Assembly: GCA_963675665.1 (NCBI GenBank)
Contig: OY776510.1
Location: 4,544,001-4,608,000 of the forward strand
DNA length: 64,000 nt
Reading direction: 5' to 3'
Source: Spirochaetia bacterium
GTDB lineage: Bacteria; Spirochaetota; Spirochaetia; UBA9216
In this document: in pieces, positions 29,776 to 39,440 of the stretch
Layout of the letters: the number at the start of each line of letters is the position of its first letter
Position numbering within the stretch: the first letter of the stretch is position 1
Made by a program: the position numbers and the translations under genes
The notes under the pieces: generated by a model
What the model was told of the DNA's origin: nothing
Seen by the model: only the letters and a program-made list of their open reading frames with translations
The model's database searches: none

Positions 29776-30525
29776 TCAGTTCTTTTTTGTTATTCCGCCT
29801 ATGCCGTCTTTATCAACATCGAGCCTTGAGACCTCTCCCGAATATTCGAGATTGGAAAGTCCCGCGAGTTTGCCGGTCAGCTCGCCGCCGGTCATGTTCA
29901 GGACGATATTTCCCGCGCCGTCGGTATTGACATCCGCGTTTTTTATTCCGCTTTTAGAGAAATCAATATTTACCGCGCCGTTTGAGACGAGTTTAAGACT
30001 GCCGTAAGTACAGTTCTCACCGATAATCTGGCCTGCCCCGTCAAGACTTAAACTGATCGCTTCTCCGCTAAAATTTTCCACATTCAGATTCACAGCCCCG
30101 TCAACATCAACTGCATCAAGGACCGGCATATATATCGTTGCCGATGCACCGTGGAACTCGCTCAGATTGCCCTTTTTTTTGTAATCCAGACCGAGGTAAA
30201 GAGCTCCTCCGGTATTTTCAACAGCAAGCTGTTCAAAAGCGTTTTCATCCGTTTCAACGGTTATTCTGAATTCATCATCCGCAATAACGAGGATGTCCCA
30301 TCCGCCGACAATCCTGAGCCTGTCGAAATCATCAAGATTATATTCTTTTGATATTTTTTCTCCATATCTGCTGCCGATAGTAAATGAATGAGACGCGTTA
30401 TCACTGTCGCTATTGTTGACTACAATATGGTCGCTTATTATTGAGCGGACCATAACAGTCAAGACAATCAGAAGCACTGCAATTGCTCCCAGTACTATCC
30501 ATACAAATTTTGTCGAGTTCTTCAT
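29776..30525 (-). CDS. DUF2807/GIN-domain (adhesin head-like) protein
   Basis: N-terminal TM; FDRLRI.G..D..V...VETDEN and repeated DGAG.I beta-helix motifs. Confidence 0.7.
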   Translation of the reverse strand: MKNSTKFVWIVLGAIAVLLIVLTVMVRSIISDHIVVNNSDSDNASHSFTIGSRYGEKISKEYNLDDFDRLRIVGGWDILVIADDEFRITVETDENAFEQLAVENTGGALYLGLDYKKKGNLSEFHGASATIYMPVLDAVDVDGAVNLNVENFSGEAISLSLDGAGQIIGENCTYGSLKLVSNGAVNIDFSKSGIKNADVNTDGAGNIVLNMTGGELTGKLAGLSNLEYSGEVSRLDVDKDGIGGITKKN

Positions 30526-30896
30526 CAGGCACTCCTTTTGGCTTTGTAATCATCATACATATTTTTCAGGGAATCAAAATCTATCTTCAGCATGTCCAGT
30601 ATTCTGAAGAAATACGGCAGTTCCTTTTTAATAAAATCTTCCTTTTTCAAATTCATTACTTTTTCCATCGAATCCTCTCCTACAAAATAACCGATTCCCC
30701 TTTTATTAAAAATTATTCCTTCATCCTGAAGATATGAATATGCCCGCATAACCGTATTTGGATTCACCTCAATTTCAACTGCAAATTCCCTCACTGATGC
30801 AATACGGTCGCCTTCTTTCCATGTGCCTTTTATAATGTTTTCACTGATGAAATCAGCTATCTGCAAATAGATAGCCTTGCCGTCTTTAAACTCCAT
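30525..30896 (-). CDS. GntR-family (YtrA subfamily) regulator
   Basis: AIYLQIA..I..G....GDRI.SVREFA....VNPNTVMRAY..L..EG....RG.G.FV; start at ATG 30896. Confidence 0.9.
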   Translation of the reverse strand: MEFKDGKAIYLQIADFISENIIKGTWKEGDRIASVREFAVEIEVNPNTVMRAYSYLQDEGIIFNKRGIGYFVGEDSMEKVMNLKKEDFIKKELPYFFRILDMLKIDFDSLKNMYDDYKAKRSA

Positions 30897-31686
30897 CTCT
30901 GACCTCCACTTCACGCAGCTTCAACCAGGCGCCGACCCAGCAGACTGGTGCGAGCAAGCCGAAATAAACAACCTTCAGCAGAATTATCATGCCTTCACCG
31001 AAATTCTCCAGTTTGCCGATATTGATGCCTTCGCTTAAATCCATATTGATATTGAAATCAGCCCTGACGATAGTCCAGAAGTAATCATTAAAAACAACCC
31101 ATCCGATAAAAGCTGAAATCAGCGACAGTATTATCGAAAATACAGCCAATGCAATTACCGTTTTAATAAAATTGTTATTTCGGAACCATGATGCTCCAAG
31201 CAGAAATACGGATTGCATAATTGCATAATGCCCGGCCATCTGCCATATAACAGGGTTGAACGGGTTAAATCCCGGAAAATACTCATGCAGAAAAACCTGA
31301 ATAACAAGCCTGGCAATAAATGTGAAAACCGTATAGACAGCTATGGATACAACAGGAGTGACAACCGCGTAAAGAACAAGCTTTTCGGAAAACTTTTCAA
31401 GCGTTGAAGCCGGAAGCATCAGCCAGTCATGGTTAAGAAGTTTTTTATGCGCATCCTTAAAAGCCATACTTGTAAAAATAAAACCGAGTATAAACAACAG
31501 GATACCTACAAACGCATAATGAACACTGCTTTCTATTGTTCCGGTTTTGGCATTAATAATAAGCGATACGAGAAAAAAAGCGCAGAATCCTCCGATTGTA
31601 ATCAAATAGTCTTTCCACTGCCGGGTAAAGTCCCTCTTGAACAGGTACCATATTCTTAATGGATTTAAATATCTTGCAACATTCAT
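30886..31686 (-). CDS. ABC transporter permease
   Basis: 6 TM segments, LMLPAS..EKF motif, in operon with the ATPase. Confidence 0.8.
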   Translation of the reverse strand: MNVARYLNPLRIWYLFKRDFTRQWKDYLITIGGFCAFFLVSLIINAKTGTIESSVHYAFVGILLFILGFIFTSMAFKDAHKKLLNHDWLMLPASTLEKFSEKLVLYAVVTPVVSIAVYTVFTFIARLVIQVFLHEYFPGFNPFNPVIWQMAGHYAIMQSVFLLGASWFRNNNFIKTVIALAVFSIILSLISAFIGWVVFNDYFWTIVRADFNINMDLSEGINIGKLENFGEGMIILLKVVYFGLLAPVCWVGAWLKLREVEVRDGV

Positions 31687-32522
31687 CTTGCACCCCCGCT
31701 GATTAATTCGTTGATTGACGGCCCTTTGCTTACGACCATGTTGAACAAAAACTCAAGGTCGATTGCCCTGCCGTCGTCGTCTTTCCGACTGTATGCCGTC
31801 AGGTATCCCCCGAGAACCTTTTCATAATAGACGACGTCTTCCCCGACCGGTTCAGAATCCGCAACACTGAAACTCATATGCTCGGTTATCTCTTCCATGC
31901 TGTGGTTGAAGATAATTTTTCCGTTCTCAAGAATGATAATAGGGTCTATCAGGTTCTCCATATCGCGGACCTGGTGGGTCGAAATCAGGATAATTCTGTC
32001 GTCGGCCGCCCCGGCGGCGGCAAGCCTTCTGAACTGGCTTTTGGACGGAATATCCAGCCCGTTCGTAGGTTCATCCAGAAGAAGAATACTTGACCATGTC
32101 GCCAGCCCGAATGAAATCATGAACTTTTTTCGCTGACCGTATGACATTGCCCCAAGTTTCCCGCCCGGGTATATTTCAAATTCCGACGCGCAGTCTTTGA
32201 AAAAATCCATGCTGAACTTCGGGTAGAAAGGCGCGTATGATTCAACATACTGGGTCCCGGTCATGGAAGGCAGATCAAATTCTTCCGGAAGATAATAAAT
32301 TTCCGAAAGCATCTCGGGAATCCGCCTGGAGGCTTCAAACCCCATTGTTTTGCATTCGCCGCTTCCCGGAAAAAGCTCGCCGCTCATCAGTTTCAGCAGC
32401 GTAGATTTGCCGGCCCCGTTCTTACCCAGAAGTCCGAACAGCCCCGGCTGGACTTCAAGGTTAAGCTCGTTAAAAAGCTTCTTTTTTGAATAATTAAAAG
32501 AAAGTTGCTTAACTTCTAACAT
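31683..32522 (-). CDS. ABC transporter ATP-binding protein
   Basis: GKNGAGKS, MSYGQRKK, LLLDEPTNGLD, STH. Confidence 0.92.
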   Translation of the reverse strand: MLEVKQLSFNYSKKKLFNELNLEVQPGLFGLLGKNGAGKSTLLKLMSGELFPGSGECKTMGFEASRRIPEMLSEIYYLPEEFDLPSMTGTQYVESYAPFYPKFSMDFFKDCASEFEIYPGGKLGAMSYGQRKKFMISFGLATWSSILLLDEPTNGLDIPSKSQFRRLAAAGAADDRIILISTHQVRDMENLIDPIIILENGKIIFNHSMEEITEHMSFSVADSEPVGEDVVYYEKVLGGYLTAYSRKDDDGRAIDLEFLFNMVVSKGPSINELISGGAR

Positions 32523-32528
32523 ATTTTA

Positions 32529-32750
32529 CTCCTTTAAAAAATTCTTGCCATGGAAGGCAAGTTGCGGAGAATGAAGTTTGATGAGCTATGCTTGTCAAAC
32601 TTCAAAATAATAAAATAGCATGGAAGATATTTTATTATTCCTCCTGTAAAAAATTCTTGCCATGGAAGGCAAGTTTCGGAGAATGAAGTTTGATGAGCCT
32701 TGCTTGTCAAACTTCAAAATAACGAAAACACTCGGAAGTGTTTTCGTTAT
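32529..32750. repeat. Two tandem ~112-bp units, each containing three hairpins
   Basis: Units start at 32529 and 32641; each has CTTGCC-ATGGAA-GGCAAG, GAAGTTTGA..TCAAACTTC and an AATAA..TTATT stem. Confidence 0.85.
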
Positions 32751-32751
32751 T

Positions 32752-32807
32752 AGTGTCCTACCTCACTAATACACTGATAAGATAACGCACGTGCAACAAT
32801 ATGTCAA
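32752..32807 (-). promoter_or_regulatory. Promoter and YtrA-type GntR operator for the ABC operon
   Basis: Minus strand TTGACA-N17-TATCTT (32807-32779); palindrome AGTGTccTA-N6-TAatACACT at 32752-32775. Confidence 0.7.
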
Positions 32808-32932
32808 GAGAAATAGAGAAAAAATATGATTTTTTGCGAATTTTAAGAAAATTGAGTGTTGTATTAGGTAGGCGAATAAAATTTGACAGTCAATGGCTAT
32901 TGCTAAAAATTAATTTAAATTGGCATATTTAT

Positions 32933-33272
32933 TTAAAAAAGAAACTCCGCATACTGGACATCGTTAAAAGGCTCCAATCCAAGACCGCCGATTATATACA
33001 GATATCCATTGTTTTCTACGCTTGAGAAGCCCCACCTGCCGGTTGAGAAACTCTTTGTATTAATCCAAGCACCTAAACTTCCATCCATATTAATCTTCGC
33101 AAACCGGACATCATCTAATGGTCCGTCAGTACTGTTATAACCACCTAAAATATAAATATGTCCATTAAATACATTACCTGTTAGCAAATATCTGCCTTTA
33201 GTAAAATTTGTAGTCGCCATCCATGTTTCCAAAGTGCCGTCCGGTTGAATTACTGCATACTGAACATCATTT
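32933..33272 (-). pseudogene. C-terminal fragment (2 Kelch blades) of the IS66-interrupted lipoprotein
   Basis: NGHIYILGG and NGYLYIIGG repeats; in frame with 35602-37321 once the IS and one TSD copy are removed. Confidence 0.9.
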
Positions 33273-33349
33273 GTAAGCGGTAATTCTTACCTTCTTGCTA
33301 AAATATAAAAATGTATTATCCTCCGGAATTATTAACCAGGAGGAAATAA

Positions 33350-33649
33350 ATGCGAAAGGTAATAAATAATTGGGAAGAAGTCATTGAGCAACAACAGCAA
33401 AGCGGTAAGACGATTTTAGAGTTCTGTAAAGAGATCGGGATTCATCCAAACACGTTTTATAAAAACAGGAAAATTATTGGCAATCAGGAAGCACCCGGAA
33501 GTTCTTCAGTTGTTGAAATAAAACCAAATGGAATCTTCTCAGCCGCCCCAATAGTTATAAAAACCAAAAAGTTCTTAATATCAATAACTGCCGGATTTGA
33601 TGAAGCCGGGCTGAAATCAGTTCTTAAAGTAATCGGGGAGCTCGAATGA
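33350..33649 (+). CDS. tnpA: IS66 accessory protein TnpA
   Basis: HTH W...I...QSG.TI.EFC...GI...TFY; AGGAGG RBS. Confidence 0.85.
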   Translation: MRKVINNWEEVIEQQQQSGKTILEFCKEIGIHPNTFYKNRKIIGNQEAPGSSSVVEIKPNGIFSAAPIVIKTKKFLISITAGFDEAGLKSVLKVIGELE

Positions 33650-33990
33650 TTATCGATTACTCAGAATACCGTTACTTCGTCAGACCCGGGAAAACTGATT
33701 TACGAAAAGGTGTGAACGGTCTGAGCCTGCAGATTCAGAATATAATGCAGAACGACCCGTTCTCAAAAAGTCTGTTTCTATTCTGCAACGGCAAAAGAAA
33801 GCTGCTTAAAATCGTTTACTGGGATCGGAACGGATTCTGTCTTTGGCAGAAAAGACTTGAAAAGAATAAGTTCCCCTGGCCGGAAACGGAAGAAGACGCG
33901 AGGGAGATAAAGTTCGAAGAGTTGAAGATGCTGCTTGATGGAATAGATTTCTTTAAAGCGCATAAGCAATTAAATTATTCCCGCGTTTAG
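33646..33990 (+). CDS. tnpB: IS66 accessory protein TnpB
   Basis: TDLRKG.NGL, LFLFCN..RK.LKIVYWD.NGFCL..KRLE..KF.WP. Confidence 0.92.
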   Translation: MIIDYSEYRYFVRPGKTDLRKGVNGLSLQIQNIMQNDPFSKSLFLFCNGKRKLLKIVYWDRNGFCLWQKRLEKNKFPWPETEEDAREIKFEELKMLLDGIDFFKAHKQLNYSRV

Positions 33991-34028
33991 GGCTTCACAC
34001 TCGAATTTAACCGTGGTAAAATTCTTAT

Positions 34029-35582
34029 GTGAGTACTGAAGCCTTGCTTAACGAAATTGCTCAACTCAAACAAACAGTCCAAAATCAGGATAATCAGATT
34101 ACCGAATTGAAAGAACTGGTACACCTCCTGCAGACTCTTCACTTCGGAACAAAATCTGAGAAACTTACCAGTGAAGATAAGAAGCAGGCGTCCCTTTTCA
34201 ACGAAGCAGAAGATTCCGCATTTGAGCAGCAGGATGAAATAGAATCAGAAACCCTTGAAGTAAAAGCCCACACAAAAACAGTTCGAAAGAACTCGGGAAG
34301 AAAAGCGCTTTCTGAAGACCTGCCTCGCGAGATTGTTGAATACGATATCGATGAAGAAGATAAAACCTGTGCCTGTGGTACCGAGAAGGTTTGTATAGGT
34401 GAAGATGTATCTGAACGACTCTGCATCGTTCCTGCGAAAGTAGTCGTCAGACGTGAGATAAAGAAAAAATATGTCTGCCGAAATTGTGAAGGAACAACTG
34501 ATGATTCATCCGGAGTACAGACAGCAGAAGGGATTAAACACCTCATTTCCGGAAGTATTGCCGATGAAAGCCTGCTTGCATGGATTATAAATGAGAAGTT
34601 TGAATATGCGCTGCCGTTTTATCGACAGAGTAAGAGGTTGAATGCGATAGGTGCGGATATTCCACGTGCAACACTGAGCACATTGGCAATTAAATGCGCT
34701 GAAAGATGCAAGCCGCTATATGAGCTGCTTAAAGATAATATTAAAAACGGTCCAGTAATCAATGCTGATGAAACCCGGGTGCAGGTTTTGAAAGAAAAAG
34801 GTCGTAAAGCACAGGATAAATCCTGGATGTGGGTATTTCTTGGTGGAGAGACTGATAAAAAATCTGTTGTGTTTCAGTATGAAACAAGCCGCTCTCATAA
34901 AGTTCCGTATGATTTCCTGCAAGAATATTCCGGCTGGCTGCAGACTGATGATTATGAGGCTTATCACACTGCATTGAAAAAACTAAGCGATGAAGGAAAT
35001 AAATCTATTCGTCATGTTTTGTGCTGGGCTCATGCCCGTAGATATTTCTACAAGTATTGGGAGCTGTCTAAATCTCCGGATGCAAAACAGATACTCGAAT
35101 TGATTAAGAAACTTTTTGAGCTTGAAGATTTAAGAGCTGATTTTTCTAAGAAAGGGTTTCAAAAACAACGGACGAACAGGGCTTCTCCGATTCTGAAATC
35201 CTTATTTGAATTACTGACACAATATGCAGCGGCAACGCCGCCTACACTTGCCTTCGGGAAAGCTATTGCCTATACGCTGGATAATTGGAAGCAGTTAAAC
35301 TTGTATTTGGAAGACCCGCTGCTTACGTCGTCTAACAACATTGCCGAAAACGCAATCCGGCCTTTTGTGATCGGCAGGAAGAATTGGTTGTTTTCCGATA
35401 CAGAACACGGCGCCGAATCTTCAGCAATTTTGTACAGCCTTGTTGAATCAGCTAAAATGCAGAACCTCTCGGTCTATGATTATTTCTACTACGTTTTCAG
35501 ACAGCTTCCAAATTGCAAAACACCGGCTGATTATGAAGCACTGCTTCCGTTCAACCTGACTCCTGGGCTGATTAAGGCATAG
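34029..35582 (+). CDS. tnpC: IS66 DDE transposase TnpC
   Basis: Coiled-coil N-terminus, FG.KSEK, C-x-C..C-x2-C zinc finger, ADET, QTDDY, CWAHARR, NN.AE.AIRP...GRKNWLF. Confidence 0.95.
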   Translation: MSTEALLNEIAQLKQTVQNQDNQITELKELVHLLQTLHFGTKSEKLTSEDKKQASLFNEAEDSAFEQQDEIESETLEVKAHTKTVRKNSGRKALSEDLPREIVEYDIDEEDKTCACGTEKVCIGEDVSERLCIVPAKVVVRREIKKKYVCRNCEGTTDDSSGVQTAEGIKHLISGSIADESLLAWIINEKFEYALPFYRQSKRLNAIGADIPRATLSTLAIKCAERCKPLYELLKDNIKNGPVINADETRVQVLKEKGRKAQDKSWMWVFLGGETDKKSVVFQYETSRSHKVPYDFLQEYSGWLQTDDYEAYHTALKKLSDEGNKSIRHVLCWAHARRYFYKYWELSKSPDAKQILELIKKLFELEDLRADFSKKGFQKQRTNRASPILKSLFELLTQYAAATPPTLAFGKAIAYTLDNWKQLNLYLEDPLLTSSNNIAENAIRPFVIGRKNWLFSDTEHGAESSAILYSLVESAKMQNLSVYDYFYYVFRQLPNCKTPADYEALLPFNLTPGLIKA

Positions 35583-35601
35583 GGTAAGAATTACCGCTTA
35601 C

Positions 35602-37321
35602 CATCATTTAGTACGTCTGTATCAGACTGTCCTCCAAGAATATACATGTATCCATTATTAACAATAGTTGAAAACCCTCTTCTTTCTGAATTTAAACTTG
35701 TTGTATAGCTCCATAAACCAAGAGACCCGTCCGGGTTAATCTTTACATATTGGACATCATTGAGGTAATTCAGGGCTTCATCCATACCTCCCATTATATA
35801 TAGGTAACCATTATAGGTGACACAACTAAAAACACTCCTTGCTGTTGTAAAGCCTGTGGTATAGTTCCATGAGTCCAGACTACCATCGGTATTTATCTTT
35901 GCATACAAAGCCTCACTCAGCTGATTAGTACCGTCATTACCGCCGAGTACATACAGATATCCATTGAAAATAATACTGGTATGACCCACTCTTGGTGATG
36001 GTAACTGTGTAGTAAAATTCCATGAATTCAAATTGCTGTCAGTATTTATCTTTGCATAGAGAACATCACTCTGAGCAGTAGTATTATCAGTCCCTCCAAG
36101 TACATATAAATATCCGTTGCATACTACACTTGAACAGCTCCATCTTGGCCCTGTAAGACTCGTAGTTTCACTCCAATCCCCAATCTCAGGACCTCTTGCC
36201 CCCTTACAGACTTCCGCATCCTCTGAGTCTACACTCTCCCCGGAAATACCGTTTGCTCTGGCTGTAAGGATGATAATCCCGTCGGAATAATCTTCTGTAT
36301 CTATGGTGTAGCTGAATGGGGCTTCAGCATCTGTTCCCAGATAGATGCCGTTTGCATAAAACTCTACATCTGTAATAATATCGGTACCGTTTGAGGCGAA
36401 GGTATTTATGTTTGTTACTCCGTCAATCCGGGTATCAGACAGCGGTTCGATAATGCTGATTGTCATTTCCTTTTCTTCAGCCTTAACTTTTTCAGTAGTT
36501 TCCCAGTGTACTTGTATATTCAGACTATAAACAACCTGTGTTTCAGCTTCATCAACAACAACCTGATAAGATGAAGATTCACTCAGATATGTCTGGGTAT
36601 CACCATCAACACTTCCGTGCACATGCTGCTGCTGACTTTCAAAACCTCCGACTGTATATTGCAGGTCGAAAAATACACCGATGCAGTCATACACGGCTTC
36701 GTCAGTTTCAACACTCATACCGTAAATACCGTTGCTGTTTAAAAACCATGAGACGAAATACATGAAGGGATAGTATGAATCACCGCCTGAATAATATTCC
36801 TGGAATTTACTCAATAAGCCGGGAGCAAACAGGCTTCCGACATAGGGCGAAAAATGATTAACTTCTGCTGTAAGAGTTGCATTATCAGAACCGGGGTCGG
36901 CAGCAAATGGAATATCCTTCCAGCTTCCGTCAGCAAAGGTAAATACGGCGTGTTCCTGATTCTCAACCAGCGGCACTGAAGAAGGTATACTTATAGTTAC
37001 CGGAACATTGAATGTAAGCCCTTCAGGACCGAAATCAGCACCTCCAGTAAAAGGCGTAACTCCGTGGTCCCGGCTGATACCTGCAGAATTTGTATAGGTT
37101 TTAATGGTTATCTCCGTCGGTACATCAAGAGCCCCGGCAGGAATGGTAACCGATGCTCCTCTCGGGTCTGTAACTGTCCCGCCTTCGGGACCGATTGTCT
37201 CCGAATAAACCGGCATATAACCTAATGCATCGCTTAAAAAGAATTGCCTGCATGAATAAAAGGCTGTTCCGATAAGAAGTGCCGTAAAAATGAAAATAAC
37301 AATTCGTTTTTTCTTTTTCAT
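35602..37321 (-). pseudogene. N-terminal part of a ZU5 - Ig-like - Kelch lipoprotein, interrupted by IS66
   Basis: Start ATG 37321, lipobox AFYSC, ZU5-like IGPEGG..V.IP.GAL..FGPEGL.F..PV.I..HFS, Ig-like VEFY.NG..LG.D..APFSY, four Kelch blades. Confidence 0.88.
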
Positions 37322-37338
37322 GGTACTAACACTCCATA

Positions 37339-37917
37339 TTAAAAATCGATTTCTACTCTCAATCCCGGAGATATACCCATATAGGCCATGTCGTCGTAGA
37401 AGATCATCAGAAGCTCGCCGAAGGCAGATGCACTCAGCCACGGCAGGAATCGCCACCCAACCCCAACTCCCGGTGCAATAAGAGGTTTAATAACAGTACT
37501 GTCGGATACACCCGGGTAAACAGCCTGATAATTGAATATATTTACAGCAGCACCTGCATTTGCTTCTACGTAGAGGCACAATGGTGAATTAAAATTTGTT
37601 TTATATGTGAGAATACCTGCAACAGGAACGGACAAAATTAAACACTGATATGCTGCCTCAATACCGGTAGTCTGGATATTACATCCGGAAAAAACACCAA
37701 AACCGATTATTCCCCAGTCAAAGGCTAAATTATAACTGAATGAAACAGCCGGTGTAATCGCAATATTGAATGCCGGTGATAAATCCCCAAAAGGTATAGT
37801 CGCTCCGCAGCCTACACTTGTCGAAAAGTAATTGTTCTGCTGTCTTGCATCTTCACCAGCATAAACTGATGTTATTATGCAGAGAACAAGAAATATACCG
37901 ACAATAATTTTTTTCAT
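37339..37917 (-). CDS. Putative small outer-membrane beta-barrel protein
   Basis: Signal peptide, alternating Gly/aromatic beta strands, C-terminal Phe (GLRVEIDF). Confidence 0.6.
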   Translation of the reverse strand: MKKIIVGIFLVLCIITSVYAGEDARQQNNYFSTSVGCGATIPFGDLSPAFNIAITPAVSFSYNLAFDWGIIGFGVFSGCNIQTTGIEAAYQCLILSVPVAGILTYKTNFNSPLCLYVEANAGAAVNIFNYQAVYPGVSDSTVIKPLIAPGVGVGWRFLPWLSASAFGELLMIFYDDMAYMGISPGLRVEIDF

Positions 37918-38131
37918 GAACCCGATATTAATTATATATCATAAAGACATGATCAACAATGAATTAAAGTTACCTGCAAAGACTTTGATAATTATTTAAT
38001 TAAGATAGAAACAAATCCCGCACTACTGCCTTGCAGGAACCATAACCTTACATATAACAGTGTCTAATGGTATGCGAATCGATAAGGAGGATATTTACAT
38101 TACACTATCTGCGGTTCTTTGCCATATATAG

Positions 38132-39043
38132 TCACTCAACAGCACCTGCGTTTTTTAAAAGTTCAATAATTTCGTAAAGACCTTTGTGCAACGCTGACTT
38201 TAGGGGTGTAACTCCAAGACCATTGTAAATGTTTACATCAGCGCCTGCTCCGATAAGCAGCCGGACAATATCTATATAGTCTCTTTGTACAGCTTCAGTC
38301 AAAGGGGAGTTCCCATATGCGTCACGAAGATTTACATCAGCTCCATTCTCAATAAGCAGTCTTGATATATCAGCATTTCCGGAGAACACTGCTTCCATTA
38401 GTACCGTGGTTCCATTCCAATGTTGAAAGTTTACGTTTGCTCCCTTATTGATTAAGATCGCAACAATGTTCAATTGACCGGCAGTAACGGCATAATTTAA
38501 TAAAGTAAAATCGTTTTCATCAACAGAATTTATCTCAATGCTTTCTTCCGGTAATTTTGATAATTCTTCAGTGTTTCCGGTTCTTATTAACTCAATCAAT
38601 CTGTTTTCATATACAGCGCCGGCATCCTTCAGAATAGCTTCAATATCTAAAAAACTATTTTTTACAGCATATATAAGCGCTGATTTTTTTTTATTATCAG
38701 TCATATTAACATCTGCTCCAGCCTGGATAAGTACTTGAGCAATTTCCACCTGCCCATATTTTGCTGCTGTTATCAAAGCTGTTTCCCCGAAATTATTTTC
38801 TTTGTCTATATCAGCGCCTGCGCTTATCAAAATTTCGACAATATCGCCATAACCGTACATGGAAGCATACATTAAGGATGTATCCCCGTATTCATCAACA
38901 GAATCAACATCTATACCATCAGAAACAAGGATTCTAACTGCAGGAATATCATTAGCTAAAACAGAATATAGAAGCTTATCGAATGTAGAAGAATAGACTG
39001 CATAACAGTTGAAGAAAATTAATAAGACGAATAATTTTCTCAT
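38132..39043 (-). CDS. Secreted ankyrin-repeat protein
   Basis: Signal peptide; several G.T(P/A)L..A...G..(D/E)IV..LI..GAD(V/I)N repeats. Confidence 0.9.
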   Translation of the reverse strand: MRKLFVLLIFFNCYAVYSSTFDKLLYSVLANDIPAVRILVSDGIDVDSVDEYGDTSLMYASMYGYGDIVEILISAGADIDKENNFGETALITAAKYGQVEIAQVLIQAGADVNMTDNKKKSALIYAVKNSFLDIEAILKDAGAVYENRLIELIRTGNTEELSKLPEESIEINSVDENDFTLLNYAVTAGQLNIVAILINKGANVNFQHWNGTTVLMEAVFSGNADISRLLIENGADVNLRDAYGNSPLTEAVQRDYIDIVRLLIGAGADVNIYNGLGVTPLKSALHKGLYEIIELLKNAGAVE

Positions 39044-39278
39044 AACAATGACTACGATTATATCACAGTTTAATTAAATATAGGGTTTTAAACGTTACCA
39101 GTTCAGCCGACATCTGTCCGTGAATAACTATTGAATTCTTTGACTATGAAGGCATGATTCCCTCCTGTTGCCTAAAACCATAACCTTACAAACAACATTA
39201 TCTACCGGTATGGATATGGACAAACCGAATATCACCCATGTGCCGATTTTTACAAACTGAAAGGCTCCTAAATAGCCT

Positions 39279-39424
39279 GCGCGTCAGGGATTGAAGCGGA
39301 AACGGCGCCGGCAGCCCGGCGGAGGGGACGGAGCCGGAATCAGCTGCCGGGAGCAGCCGTTGAAGTGGAAAGCCCGACCCCTCGCGCTGAAAGGCAGAGC
39401 CTTTCCGTGCGAGGGGGGACGCCC
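39279..39424 (+). ncRNA. Flavo-1-like structured RNA motif
   Basis: GCGTC..GACGC closing stem, GGGATTGAAGCGGAAA...TTGAAGTGGAAAGCCCG paired internal motif and CCCCTCGC..GCGAGGGG stem; recognised from memory of Flavo-1, no covariance search run. Confidence 0.6.
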
Positions 39425-39440
39425 GAATAATCCGAACGAT

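Larger units (their letters stand above)
33273..35601 (+). mobile_element. Complete IS66-family element (2329 bp)
   Basis: Perfect 19-bp terminal IRs GTAAGCGGTAATTCTTACC; 8-bp target duplication CATCATTT (33265-33272, 35602-35609); tnpA-tnpB-tnpC order. Confidence 0.97.

Noticed and set aside
32529-32750. CRISPR or known riboswitch
   Set aside because: Only two long units with no spacers, and no aptamer consensus I recognise; kept as an unexplained repeat
33646-33990. TnpB as an RNA-guided nuclease
   Set aside because: This is the 114-aa IS66 accessory TnpB, unrelated to IS200/IS605 RuvC TnpB
38050-38075. HTIRH read on the minus strand as a tyrosine-recombinase remnant
   Set aside because: A stop follows three codons later, the second repeat copy lacks the motif, and no other integrase motifs are nearby
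20480-39280. Single prophage or integrative island
   Set aside because: No integrase, phage structural genes, tRNA target or flanking att duplication; the region looks like piecemeal accretion
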